From Patellaria atrata CBS 101060 (Eukaryota): 64,000 nt of DNA. Of this stretch, positions 35,638 to 47,056 are shown one piece after another. The stretch is taken from assembly GCA_010093705.1 (NCBI GenBank), contig MU006098.1:293981-357980 (forward strand), written 5' to 3'. A program made the position numbers and the translations under genes. Under the pieces are notes generated by a model, which was given only the letters and a program-made list of their open reading frames with translations, was not told where the DNA came from and ran no database searches. Numbering within the stretch: position 1 is the first letter of the stretch; each line of letters starts with the position of its first letter.

Positions 35638-37930
35638 CTTGCTCGAGTTCCTGTGGTTAGTTGGTCGTCAATCGGGTCGGATTTGTTGTTGTAGTCGTCG
35701 TCCTAATATGTGAAACTGTGATTTTCGTCGGTTGAGGTGCTGGTGTGCTTGCGCCAAGCCTCATTCGGCAAAACTATGATCCGATCATCTTTTAAGCGAG
35801 CAAAGAGACTCCTCCCGAAAAGCCAACCACAACTCAAGAAGAGTCGACTTACCGTTCGATGTATCTCAGTTTCAGTTTTTGATGGCATGATATTATTGAT
35901 GATTATTGCTTCATTCTTGCAGCGAAATTCATTCGGGAACTTGTATTTGCAAACTGCAGTACTGTTCCCCAATCCAAATTCTGCGACACTTGTTAGCTGA
36001 GGCCTTCAGAAAGATCGCTTCTTCAAAATGACATCTCTTATCTATGAAGTAGGTTACGGTATGTTATCTGCAGCCAGATCCCATTTTATCACCAAACTCA
36101 AAGCCAGCTATAGTGGGTGCGTTAGTATTGTCTATATTAGGCAATGATCTGTTTTCCTTTTCGTATTCTAGGGACAGCAGCCCCTACATAGTCACATTCA
36201 TTCATCAAATTTTATACTTGTAGCAGGTACCAACCCCTACCCATTTCCCAATAGAGTTTGATTCAGGATTTTGGAATAGCATATTTCTTTAACATTATTG
36301 AACTTCCCTTGGCTTCTTGCAAGATTCACCTACAAGTATAAGATCCTTATACTCTCAGCTTTATGGGACAATGGACGCCTATGTCGATCTCCTATGATAT
36401 CCTAGCGAAGAGGATACTACTGTACCATCAAAGCTAGGAATCCTTTAGTTGATCAGCGTCAAGCGATACTTGGCGATCGCGAAGGATAGTGTCCACGGTT
36501 GAGTCTCAACCTTTCTACGTCTCTAGCCCGTGACTGAAAATGTAACTTGAGCTCATCGGCCCAGCCTTTGTCAATCACATTACCACATACTTCGTTAGGA
36601 GTGAAGATCGTATTGTAACCGACCGCGCTAATCCAGTGTTGGTCTCCAGCCGATATGGGCGTTGAAAGGTGATTGTCCAAACACTTACACTTTCTAAAGG
36701 CAGCACGTTTTCTTAATTTCCCCTCCATCCGCCCCACCATCTCCACATGTAACCTGCTAGGTTGAAGGCGGCACAGCAAACCATGCATCTATATAGGCGA
36801 TGGTTAGGCGATGATGGATCGCCATTCTTCCTAATGACACTATCATCATCCGGTATTGAAGACCAGATCGGATCTTCCGCAGGGCTGAGTTTCGTCGTAC
36901 TTGTATCCCGACGCTACTGATTAGGAGACAAGTCCACGGGGACGCGGCTTACCGCGAGTCGCAGTCGCCATCTCGCTTGTCGCTGTCATCCTAAGAATTG
37001 GCGGTCCCTTGGTTGAGATGGATCGGAGTTAGTCAACACGTACATCATAGTGCATCGGTCGGTTCCCGGGGGGAAGATATTAATTATGGGAGAGTTCATG
37101 ATTGTTGCGTCTGTTTTCATGCAAAGCGGAAAGCTCCACAGGGTACTAAGCAGTCTGGCCGGTTGAATCGGCAATAAAGTTCCGAGAGGAATGCAGCCCA
37201 TGATCAGCGGCTCAAAGAACAGCGTGGGAACTGGGAATTCGTTGGAAGTCAGGTGAATTAGGACCTCCCCGGACCCCCCCGAGCTTGCTGATAGCTAAAG
37301 GTGGCTTCTTGGCCTAACAGCATGATGGCACCATAAGAAATTCTATATGAGAAGTGGTTACGGTTGATTGGAGGAAAAGACCGTATGTTTTTCGTGGCGA
37401 GCAACCAGACCCTGCAAATCCGGTCCTGCATACGTCTTAACGGAGGCAAATCTGAGGATTGCCCAAGTAATTGAGAAATCTCGGCGTGGTAGTGTGATAG
37501 TGAGTGCGATTTTGTAGGGGGGTTTTTGATTGGGGGTTGAGATGGGGGTCAAGAGAGAGGATAGCAAAATCACCAGATATGTGGATTGTTCATGATATTA
37601 CTACTGCACGTACCAGCACCACCAAGCACATCACTGTGGCTTCTACAGTCCCGTGAGACTCCAGCAACATGGTAAACAGCATAGTTATAGGCAAATACTC
37701 CGCCATGGTGAGGCGCAGCAAAAAAGCTTCATCAATAGAGGTGACATCTCAGCGGGAAGGGGATCCGCGAAAGGGTTCAGGCTATGGTCCTGGTTGTGCT
37801 GATGGGTGGTTAGGTTGTCGCTAAAAAGATGATGATGTATGGTTGTTTGAATAGTAGCGGCTTCTTGGTGTCGTACGGGGGTTGTTGGGTTGGCACGGAT
37901 TGGGCGTTTGTTGGCGGACGGGTGTGCCGT

Positions 37931-37987
37931 AAGGAAGGGTAAGGGAAGGGTAAGGGAAGGGGTAAGGATGGGTAAGGATGGGTAAGG
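37931..37987 (+). repeat. G-rich tandem repeat (GGGTAAGGGAA / GGGTAAGGAT), potential G-quadruplex
   Basis: Seven G3-G4 tracts separated by 2-7 nt loops. Confidence 0.8.
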
Positions 37988-39017
37988 AGAGGTTTGGAAC
38001 TAAAGGAAAGTCCTAGGAAGTTTATGAAAAGTGACGAGATTTCGTTAGAAAAATCCCAGCATTTCGTACAGGCGTGCTTGGCTGCTCATGGCTGTGGCTA
38101 GCGATATTGCCAGGTTGGGACGAAGGAAACCAACCTAAGGGGATCTGTTCTCTCGGGATACCATAGCTCCCCTTGAAGAACAGAATAAGGTTCCATACGA
38201 GCATACCTTAACAGCACGGCGAGCATGCGAGCATACCAGCATGGCTTGCAAGGCCGAAAAAACGGGGTAAAGCCACTTTCTCTTGTCTTTTCTTGTTTCT
38301 CTTGACTTTTTTCGCACTTTCGCACTTTCGCTTATGGTGGGCGTACACTTTGAGCCTGTTAAGGGGGACGAAAAGGGAAAAAGATGAGATCTTAGTGGGG
38401 TATCGGCGCTCAAACCCTTCACACCCTTGGACACTTGGGAGACCGAAAGGAGGTCAGATCCGTCATCGTTGACATGGTCCGTAAAGACTCGCTGCAGTTA
38501 AGCTGCAGACCTCAGACCGTCGTCAACAAAGATGTTCTGCTGAAAATCTCTTTCCCTAATATTTCTTAATTCGTACAAGACTGACCGTTCTCTCCCACCT
38601 CCCTGGGTCTCAGAAGGACATTCTTATTTTTCGAGCCTCAACCTCGTGGCCTCTTTTCCGTTACAGATCTTCCCGGCTTTTTTCCACTCCTTTTTACTTT
38701 GCCCGTCAATTCCGCGAATTCAGTTAGATTCGCCCTTTGACGCGGTAATACCGAAAACCAAATTAGCTTCAACTCTTTAGAATTAGAGCCGGAAGTGGAT
38801 CGCCTATCAAGCTTGATCAGCCACGGCTTCTGACAAGTGACGAACCACGTCGTAATTCCTTCTCTCATCGCGAGACTTTCCTTCTTCAACTCTTCATATC
38901 TTCTAAAAACTTTCCACTTTTTTTGTCGTTGGTACCAAGTCGCCTCCAAGGCAAAACAAGAAAGCAGACAGTGCAGTAACAATAGCTGTCTTCACCCCCT
39001 TGGTCAATAGCACGTCG

Positions 39018-42000
39018 ATGGAACAAACCTCACCAAGTACAGTCGATGAAGAGGCCAGCACATCTCAAGGCCCATGGGAAACACCACACTCTACGAATAC
39101 TGATGAAACAGCAGAGGCCGACGAAGAAAGTGCGCCGATCAATGAGAGTAGTGTGGAACCAGGCTCAGGTACAACACGACCAAATGCCCCTTTGCAGAAG
39201 CGCCGTCGCGTCACTAGAGCCTGCGACGAATGCAGAAGAAAAAAGATCAAATGTGATGGCAAACAGCCTTGCACCCACTGTACAGTATACAGTTACGGTA
39301 TGTTCTCTTGTCAGGACTCCATTTGTAAGATGACGACGATGCTTATATCGGCTTGCCCCGCATAGAATGCACGTATGACCAACCTTCCAATCGCAGACGT
39401 AATGCTGCACCCCAGTACGTGGAAGCTCTGGAGAATCAGTTGAAACGTGCCAAAGCTATGCTTAGTATTCTCATTCCGAACGTTGATCTTACCGATCCGT
39501 CTCTGGATACTAGCATAGCACAAGGTAACTTTCCAAACCTTCGATCTCAAGTGGGTGGACTCCTCGCCCATAATGCACCTCGTCCAGCTCCTGAACGACC
39601 ACCACTGGTAGCTGAAGCAAGCTCCGATGCCCAGTTAGAGTCCATGGTCCAGCAAACAGGCCAATTGGATTTGGATGAACAAGGCCATTGGGATTACCAT
39701 GGTCATTCATCCGGACTCAGCTTTGTTCGACGCATGCGTGAGCAATTGGGGGACATTGTCGGACCAGAGGGACAAGGTACCCCATTCATGAAATCACGTC
39801 CCTACTCTCAAGTCCTTGACTCTCCAAAGTCAAGTGCAGAATCACCGATGGATGCTCAGTCCGCGGCTATCGACTTGCCAAGTAGAGAAATTGCAAAAGC
39901 TATCTGCGAACATGCTCTAAACGATGCTAGCGCACTTTTGCCCGTCGTACATCAGCCTACATTCTTCAAAGCCATGGATCAGTTCTACGACACTCCTCCG
40001 GAGCAGTATAGCAACCGAGAGAATTCCTTTCTCCCGTTGTTGTACGCCGTCCTTGCTCTTGGCACTTTGTTCGCCACAGAGGAATCTAAAAGGTCATCTG
40101 GATATGAGAGCGCAATCCATGAAGGGTAAGACGTATCAAACGATAATCTTTATGTTAGCTTAGGAAAACTGACCGCACTTAGGTTCAAATTCTTCAAGGC
40201 GTCTCGTCAGCTCATGGATATTGCAGATTGTCGCGATCTAACTTCTCTGCAGGCCGTTGTCTTCATGATTCTGTTCCTCCAGTCCTCAGCGAAATTATCC
40301 ACCTGTTACGCATACATCGGTGTTGCTTTAAGGTCTGCACTTCGTATGGGACTTCACCGTCACTTCCAATCAAACTTCAATCCGATCGAGGCAGAAACTC
40401 GAAAGCGGGTGTTTTGGGTTATTCGTAAGATGGATACCTATGTTGGAGCTCTATTAGGTCTTCCACATTTTCTCAGTGACGATGATGTGGACCAAGAATT
40501 CCCCGCCGAAGTTGATGATGAATACATCACCGAAACAGAGATCAAGCCGATGCCCGAAGGTATCATCACGGTGGTTGCAGGTGCGAATGCGCACACTAGG
40601 ATCGTACAAATCTTAGCAAAGATCGTGCGCTATATATACCCAATCAAGGGTGAAAAAACGGTTGGACCACAGGAACCTTCTGACACTGAGAATTCGTACA
40701 CAGTTAGTTATGCGAAAATCAGAGAAATCGAATACGATCTACAAGCTTGGATGGAGAATTTGCCCATGGGCCTCAAACCTGGCGGCGATGCACCACCTGT
40801 GATTATCAGGTAAGTCTACGAGACAATGCTCCGCTACTTGGTGTAGTTAAAGCTGACCAGCATTTAAGGGTACGACAACTATTACGAATTTCATATGGTC
40901 ACGCCCAAATGATGTTATATCGTCCTTTCCTTCATTATATCTCCAGCACTGCTGGGTCCAGTGCTGTTGATCAACGCTCCTTCAAATGTGCCGCTGCATG
41001 CGTCAGCGTTTCTCGGAATATAATCCACATCACAGCCGAAATGAAAAGGCAGAACCTGCTTGTGGGTGCATATTGGTTTGCTATGTACACGACATTTTTT
41101 GCAATCATTTCCCTTGTCTTTTATGCCATTGAAAATCCAGACAGCTCAGCTAGCCAGAATGTACTACGGGACGCTATAGAAGGTAAAGAAACATTAGCAC
41201 AACTTGCCAAATACAGCATGGCCGCAGACCGCTGTAACGCAACCTTAAGTGTACGTTCAACTCTATATCAATCTAAGTTTCCTTTTTGCTAATTCAGCTA
41301 GGCGCTATTTGAGCAGTTACCAGAAAGGCTTAAACGTGGGCGTGAACCGTCGGCCTCGAACAAAAGGTCTCGTCCCATACACTCACCTAGTCCTCTCCCT
41401 CCTGGGCACCCAACGCAATCTGCGACGGAGGTCCATCGTGTGGGTGTAGACATGGAGCCACAGCCGCCTATTAGGCGAGCAAGCACTTTTCCAGAACACA
41501 TACCACCACTTGTGGGTAAGCGTGCTTCTCTCCACCAAGGGTTGCACCTTGGTTCTCCATTCCCTGTAGAATCCCAATTTATTCGACCTTTAGGCTCTGA
41601 AACGTCAGAGACTACACCCAGCTTGACCTCAGCTTCTGCGACCACCTCAAGCTCAAGTCTCCCTTTCGGAACACCGCAACGAAACGTGCCCGGATTTGTT
41701 GCTTCTCCAGCTGGTGACTTTCTAAGCCCTCATGGACTACCCGATTTCTCCTCAACCATGTTCCCTTCAGCGGATCCATTTGCATATCCAAACCCGGCGT
41801 TTGCAACATTGGATAATAGTAGTTTCAGTCCCTTTGGAAGTACCCAAGGTAACCCATTTCTCCATCATGGTACTCCCACTTCCCACCCCAATCAGAGCAA
41901 TAGAGACAGTACAATGTTTGCATCTCCTATCTCAGGTCACACCCCTACTCCACCCGAGATAGGGAAAAGTGATGCTGGTGTACAATTATACGGGCCGCTT

Positions 42001-42192
42001 CCGATGTATATGATGCCCGGAGTTCCACACGCGGGACAAGTTCCGCAGAGTATGCGTCCACCAGGAATTCCCCCGACTACACAGTCTCTACAAGGTCACG
42101 GCCATTCCGGTAGCGGCGTGAACCTCGACGACCTCTTCGGGAACAATTGGAACTCCGATTTCATCGACTCACACTGGATGGGCGGACCATAA
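39018..42192 (+). CDS. ASG1: Zn(II)2Cys6 transcription factor with fungal-specific TF middle domain, ASG1-like
   Basis: Exons 39018-39297, 39366-40125, 40183-40809, 40869-41250 and 41302-42192. [37 protein letters not shown], then [16 protein letters not shown]. Confidence 0.88.
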
Positions 42193-42939
42193 CGAAATAT
42201 CTTAGAAGCTGGGTTAGGGTTTTCTTTGTAACTTTTGCCGATCAGGATCAGGTATCCAGCCGCTATCGAACGTCGCAGGACGATGCTGGGATGTTAAAAC
42301 GGAGACGGCAAGATCTCATGTTTAAGATGGATGCTCTACGGCTTGATTTTATAAAACGAAGTGATACCCCGCCCATTTCTCATATATGCGCATTTTTCGC
42401 GCATGGGCGAATTGCTTTTTTTGATCTGCGATACAATTCACCCTTGAAGGGATTGAGCAGATCCGATCGTTTATCTTGTTAGCATTTTTGATGTAGAAGG
42501 TTAGGAATACCGCATTCGTTTTGCGCAAAGAAGTTGCGTCTCTAAGAGATTCAAATAGCAACTAGACAAACAATTGGAGTTATTGAGAATGTGATTCTAT
42601 TTTTGTAGTGGTATGGTACTTATATGCATGAGAATACATTAATGATGATGGAAATGGTGTTGCTTGCCGGACGTTTAGCCGTAGGGCTGAGGATCCGAGC
42701 TCCCGATTATTTTGTGGGTTGGCCCGTGCTGCAACAAGGGAAACTAACCCAACCCGATCGTAAACAAAACAACCAATCTACGATTTCTCCTGTTATCCCA
42801 CCAAACTTTGATCTATTTCTTCACAAAGTCGATCTTTAACCTTTACTTGTGTTTCTAGATACTGATCCCCACCTCATTATTGGCCTCGACCTCATTATCG
42901 GTTTCGACGGCTTTCGTTCATTGTTATTAATTGCACAAG

Positions 42940-44875
42940 ATGGTTACAACTAGGCGGTCATCCCGGCTTCGAAGCACACCACAGGTAAGGACATGGGGCA
43001 GACTTTTTGCAATTGCACCAAGGATTATATACTTATGGGATGCAGCTTCCCGGTAGCTTTCCGGACAGTGAGACCTCGGCCTTCATGCGCATCTTTTCTC
43101 CTCCGACGACGCTACCAGCTCTCACAGAAGATGCTGACAGAACTACCTCTACGATTCCTCCACAGCCACCGCCCACCGCGACCCCGAGTGCTATCAAGTA
43201 TCGAACGCTCGCCTCTGTCGTTAACCGTACTCCTACGGATAGAACTCCGATTCAACCAGCTCAGTCTGAGATTCACCCACAGCAGAACCATGCTACGACC
43301 TCGAAACCATTGGATGAAGCAAGATGGCTTGGATTCATGGACAAGGTTAAAGGCGCTCGCACTGAGCCGGTAAAGCGCCATTCTTCTCTCGCAGCCGCGC
43401 AGTCGACTCCAACAAAGGCGACGAATGATAAGTGGACGCCGTTTTCGCCTACTACGGAATTTACCTTTTCGCTACCTAAGGAAAAGTCCTCTGATCTCAA
43501 TCTGAGCCCAGAGGCACAGAAGATTATGGCAGACAAGCGCGATGAGATTGTGAAAATCCGTGAACAGCTTCGAGCTGCGCGGAATGAAGCCAAGGTTCAG
43601 GAGATTAGCACCGCACGCCGAATTGCACAGCCGAAGGGGAAGGTCGGACGATTCAGTGACATTCATATGACCGAATTCAAGAAGATGGATTCTATTACCA
43701 ATCATCCATCTGCGTTTAGAGCTGATCCTAACCGCTTTCCGCCAGCGACGAAGTCGCTCAAGCGAACTCAGTCCAAGGCTGAAATGGATAAAATAGACGG
43801 TAGCGTTACCCCGAAGCAGCCTCCTAAATCACCTGGTCGTACAGATGAACGGACAGTTGCTCAATCAAAACGAGCCAAACGATTTCACGAGGATGATATC
43901 TCTACCGTTCGTCCCATCAGCTTGAAAACTCAAAAGGCAACAGCGACCCCAAATACTCCCGGAACCGCACCTAAGAGGACTAGTTTCATGCGCAAAATTT
44001 CTGGGTTGATGTCACCCACCAAAGCGTCGCTCGCACGATCTCAAAGCGTGAAAACTATGAAGACAACGACACATATTCCTAGTCTGCTACCCAAGTCACC
44101 GTCACTCAAATCTATTCCAACCGTTCCTCAAACCCCGAAGCCCGCCTCGAAGGCTGATGAGGACGAGGTCTCAAAATTGAGTTTCTCCAAGCTAAAGATG
44201 CCCACGGTGAAAGGTATACTGCGCACTCCGCAGCGATTATACTCTAATGATCCTGCACAAATCGCCGCTGGAACTCATAGCCCACCACCTTCACGTATTA
44301 TGCATTTTCCTAGCATTCCAGCTACTGCTCCAGTCAAGAAGCATGTAGATTTTACAGCTAGTACTAAGGGAAGCGAGAATAAGGATGAGGGTATTGTCGC
44401 AACACCAAAGAAGCCAGTGGTGGAGAACAAGACGGAAAACGTCACTTATCCGACATTGTCTAATGTTGTGTCTCCAGGCAATCCAGGCTCGGTCTCTCGA
44501 CGAATGACTCTAGGTGGAGCTGGAGACTTCACCTTCCGCTCTGATAGACCTATCAACTTTGGTCCGTCTACCACTGGCCCAACCATCAGACGAGTTAGGA
44601 ACAGTGATGCTGGAGATGCGCTTTTGTCTACGAATGAGTCTCCAGTGAAGAAGCGTAAAGCTTCCGGGGAGATTAGTAAGTCTCAGGGAGAGGACAAAGA
44701 AAATGAGGATGAGGAGCAGGGTCGTCGTAAGAAAGCTAGGATTACGGGACCTGAAATTGTCAAGACCACGATAAAGACGGCTACGAGCAAACTTCCCCGC
44801 CGTAAGGAGAAGAGGCCCGGTAGCTTGAGCCAGGCTAGGTTGAATTTGTTGGCTACACCTAAGCGGCGCAAGTGA
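42940..44875 (+). CDS. Basic, low-complexity protein, probably microtubule/spindle-associated
   Basis: Exon 42940-42984 (MVTTRRSSRLRSTPQ) spliced to 43046-44875. K/R/S/T/P-rich, with short motifs RFSDIHMTEFKKMDSI, LMSPTKAS and RLNLLATPKRRK. The function is inferred. Confidence 0.75.
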
Positions 44876-46078
44876 TTCTCCGATCCGTTCCAAACTTATC
44901 TGTCGATATCGAATTTTGGGATCCCGGTCTGGTTGGTTATCATGGTTTTGAACGTCATTGACGGTTATCGATTCTTGATGGCTTGGATGAGTACATGCCC
45001 CGTTCTTTTACACATTAGTACTTTCTCTGGATGCGGAAACGTGCCGATGATCATGAGGCGCATTGATTGCAAAATGGTTAGTCAGGTTACTTGCTTCTAC
45101 TCTTTGGGGTGTATCATATTCTAGGCGATGTAGTGCACAATGGCAATTACATGGTGTTTTCGGTGCAATTGGACGGCGAAAAGTAAAGCGATGATAGTTT
45201 TGTTGGACTGCAGGATCTCTTCATGTATAATAGACCAATTATCAGATAGCGAATTTCAAATGAAACTTCAAAAGAAAAAAAAAATCGTGAGGCTTGATAT
45301 GAAGTTGAAATTGAGTCGCCTTGGCAATGACTGTCAGGCTATCGGCGGGAATTTGCATGGATCCTGTCCCTTTCGGCTTGACTGTTGGGACATTTTTCCG
45401 CAAAGATCAGCCGAATCTGACGTCTTCCTTTGTTGCTCTTGCTCGCCCTGCTTTTTCGAGATAGAATAATAACCCAAACAGATTCTAGTACAATACTACC
45501 GTTTACCTCTGAATTTACAATCGTCAGACCTCGAGCGTGACCCCGTTTCTCTCTACGACTCCTCGTGCCCGCTGACATTTGTCAATCCGTTTCCTGGATC
45601 CTTTCGAAGATTCCCTCATCCGGTGTCTCTGATTTGCAAAAGTTTGATAACCATAATTGAGGGTTTTTATCAAGGAAGTGGTCTTTGGTTAGAATAGAAT
45701 ACTTGGTGGCCAAGTGCTGTAAGACTTCCTTTGGGCTGCTTATTCATCACCGATCCTGTGTCCGTCCGACCTCTACAAAGTCTCTCTTGAGCAAGATTCC
45801 TCACAGTGGCGCTCGCTACAACGGAGTATATAAATCGCCGTCGAGAGGCATTTATCTCTCAAGCCTGCCAACCCGATCTCCCTCCCTCCTTCGCCTCGAA
45901 GTTCGAGTCTATAACAACATCCTTGACCGGAGGGAATATCGATACGGCATCGACTGGGGATACACTCTCCATTTTACAGTTCAAGCTTAGAGATTACGCT
46001 TGCCAGTTAGTTGATACTGACCCTTCGACCGTTTTTACATCTCCTCTCGCCCTCTTTCTCATTTTCACCTTCGTATAC

Positions 46079-47056
46079 ATGTCGTGGTCATCCCGCTTCA
46101 ACCCCTTCGGCGGACGTCTATCCCCTCTCTCCCCCTTCGGCCGCTCCGGTGCAGCACCAGAGGTCAACGATAACCACTTCTCCTACATCACGAACGAAGA
46201 TATCGCACGGAGTGCACCGGAAAAGAGGAACGAAGGTGAGAACGACAAGCTCGTGCTCAAACACCGAAAAGTGCACTATCCTACATTTTTTCCCTCTGAG
46301 GCCATCGACAGGGGCGAATTGACAATTGGGGATATCCGGAATGCTGCAGCTAGAAAACTCGATGGTGTAGATCCGAGGAAAGTGAAGTTGTTCTACAAGG
46401 GGCGTAACTTGAAAGAGGATTCAAAACTTGCACGAGATGCGGGATTCCGCTCTGGTAACGAATCCGAAATCCTCTGCGTGATTGGCGAGATCGGGGAGTC
46501 CGCATCCCAGAATGGTGACAGTGAGGACGAGTCCGGAGATGATGAACAAGTGTCCACGGGGATAGAGCAGCCGACGAAGAAGAAGAGGAACAGGAGAGGC
46601 GGGAAGAAAGCGAAGGGTAAGAAGGCGAGCAGTAATGCTAGTGATACGTCATCAGGAGCCTATGCACGGGTTGCAGACGCAAAGGCGGAGTATCTCCCTA
46701 TGCACTCTTCGCATACCATCCCTGCGCCGCGACCTACAATGTCGGCGCCGTCAACGGTCACTAATACACCGCTCACACCGATGGCGAAGTTGCAGGCGAT
46801 CGAGGCAAAACTTGAGGCTTTCCGTGACCAGGCGAACGAGTTTTGGGCCACGTCGAGGGGCATGGAAAAGCTGAAGAGAGAGCAGATGCAGAAGGGGATT
46901 GGGGAGACTATTATGAGAGAGGTGTTGTTGAAGTTGGATGGAGTGGAGATTGAGAGTGAGGATCCGGAGGAGAAGGAGAGGGCTAGGGCGAAGAGGAAGG
47001 AGCTTGTTAGGGAGGTGCAGGGTCTATTAGCGAGGTTGGATGAGAGGATTGACTAG
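46079..47056 (+). CDS. BAG-domain Hsp70 co-chaperone with ubiquitin-like domain (BAG1-like)
   Basis: First ATG at 46079 (MSWSSRF). UBL segment LTIGDIR..KLFYKGRNLKED. C-terminal BAG ETIMREVLLKLDGVE..RAKRKELVREVQGLL. The frame is open upstream to 45791. Confidence 0.88.
   Translation: MSWSSRFNPFGGRLSPLSPFGRSGAAPEVNDNHFSYITNEDIARSAPEKRNEGENDKLVLKHRKVHYPTFFPSEAIDRGELTIGDIRNAAARKLDGVDPRKVKLFYKGRNLKEDSKLARDAGFRSGNESEILCVIGEIGESASQNGDSEDESGDDEQVSTGIEQPTKKKRNRRGGKKAKGKKASSNASDTSSGAYARVADAKAEYLPMHSSHTIPAPRPTMSAPSTVTNTPLTPMAKLQAIEAKLEAFRDQANEFWATSRGMEKLKREQMQKGIGETIMREVLLKLDGVEIESEDPEEKERARAKRKELVREVQGLLARLDERID

Noticed and set aside
42211..42221. GGGTTAGGGTT telomere-like motif
   Set aside because: Fewer than two full repeats in a 3' UTR; expected by chance.
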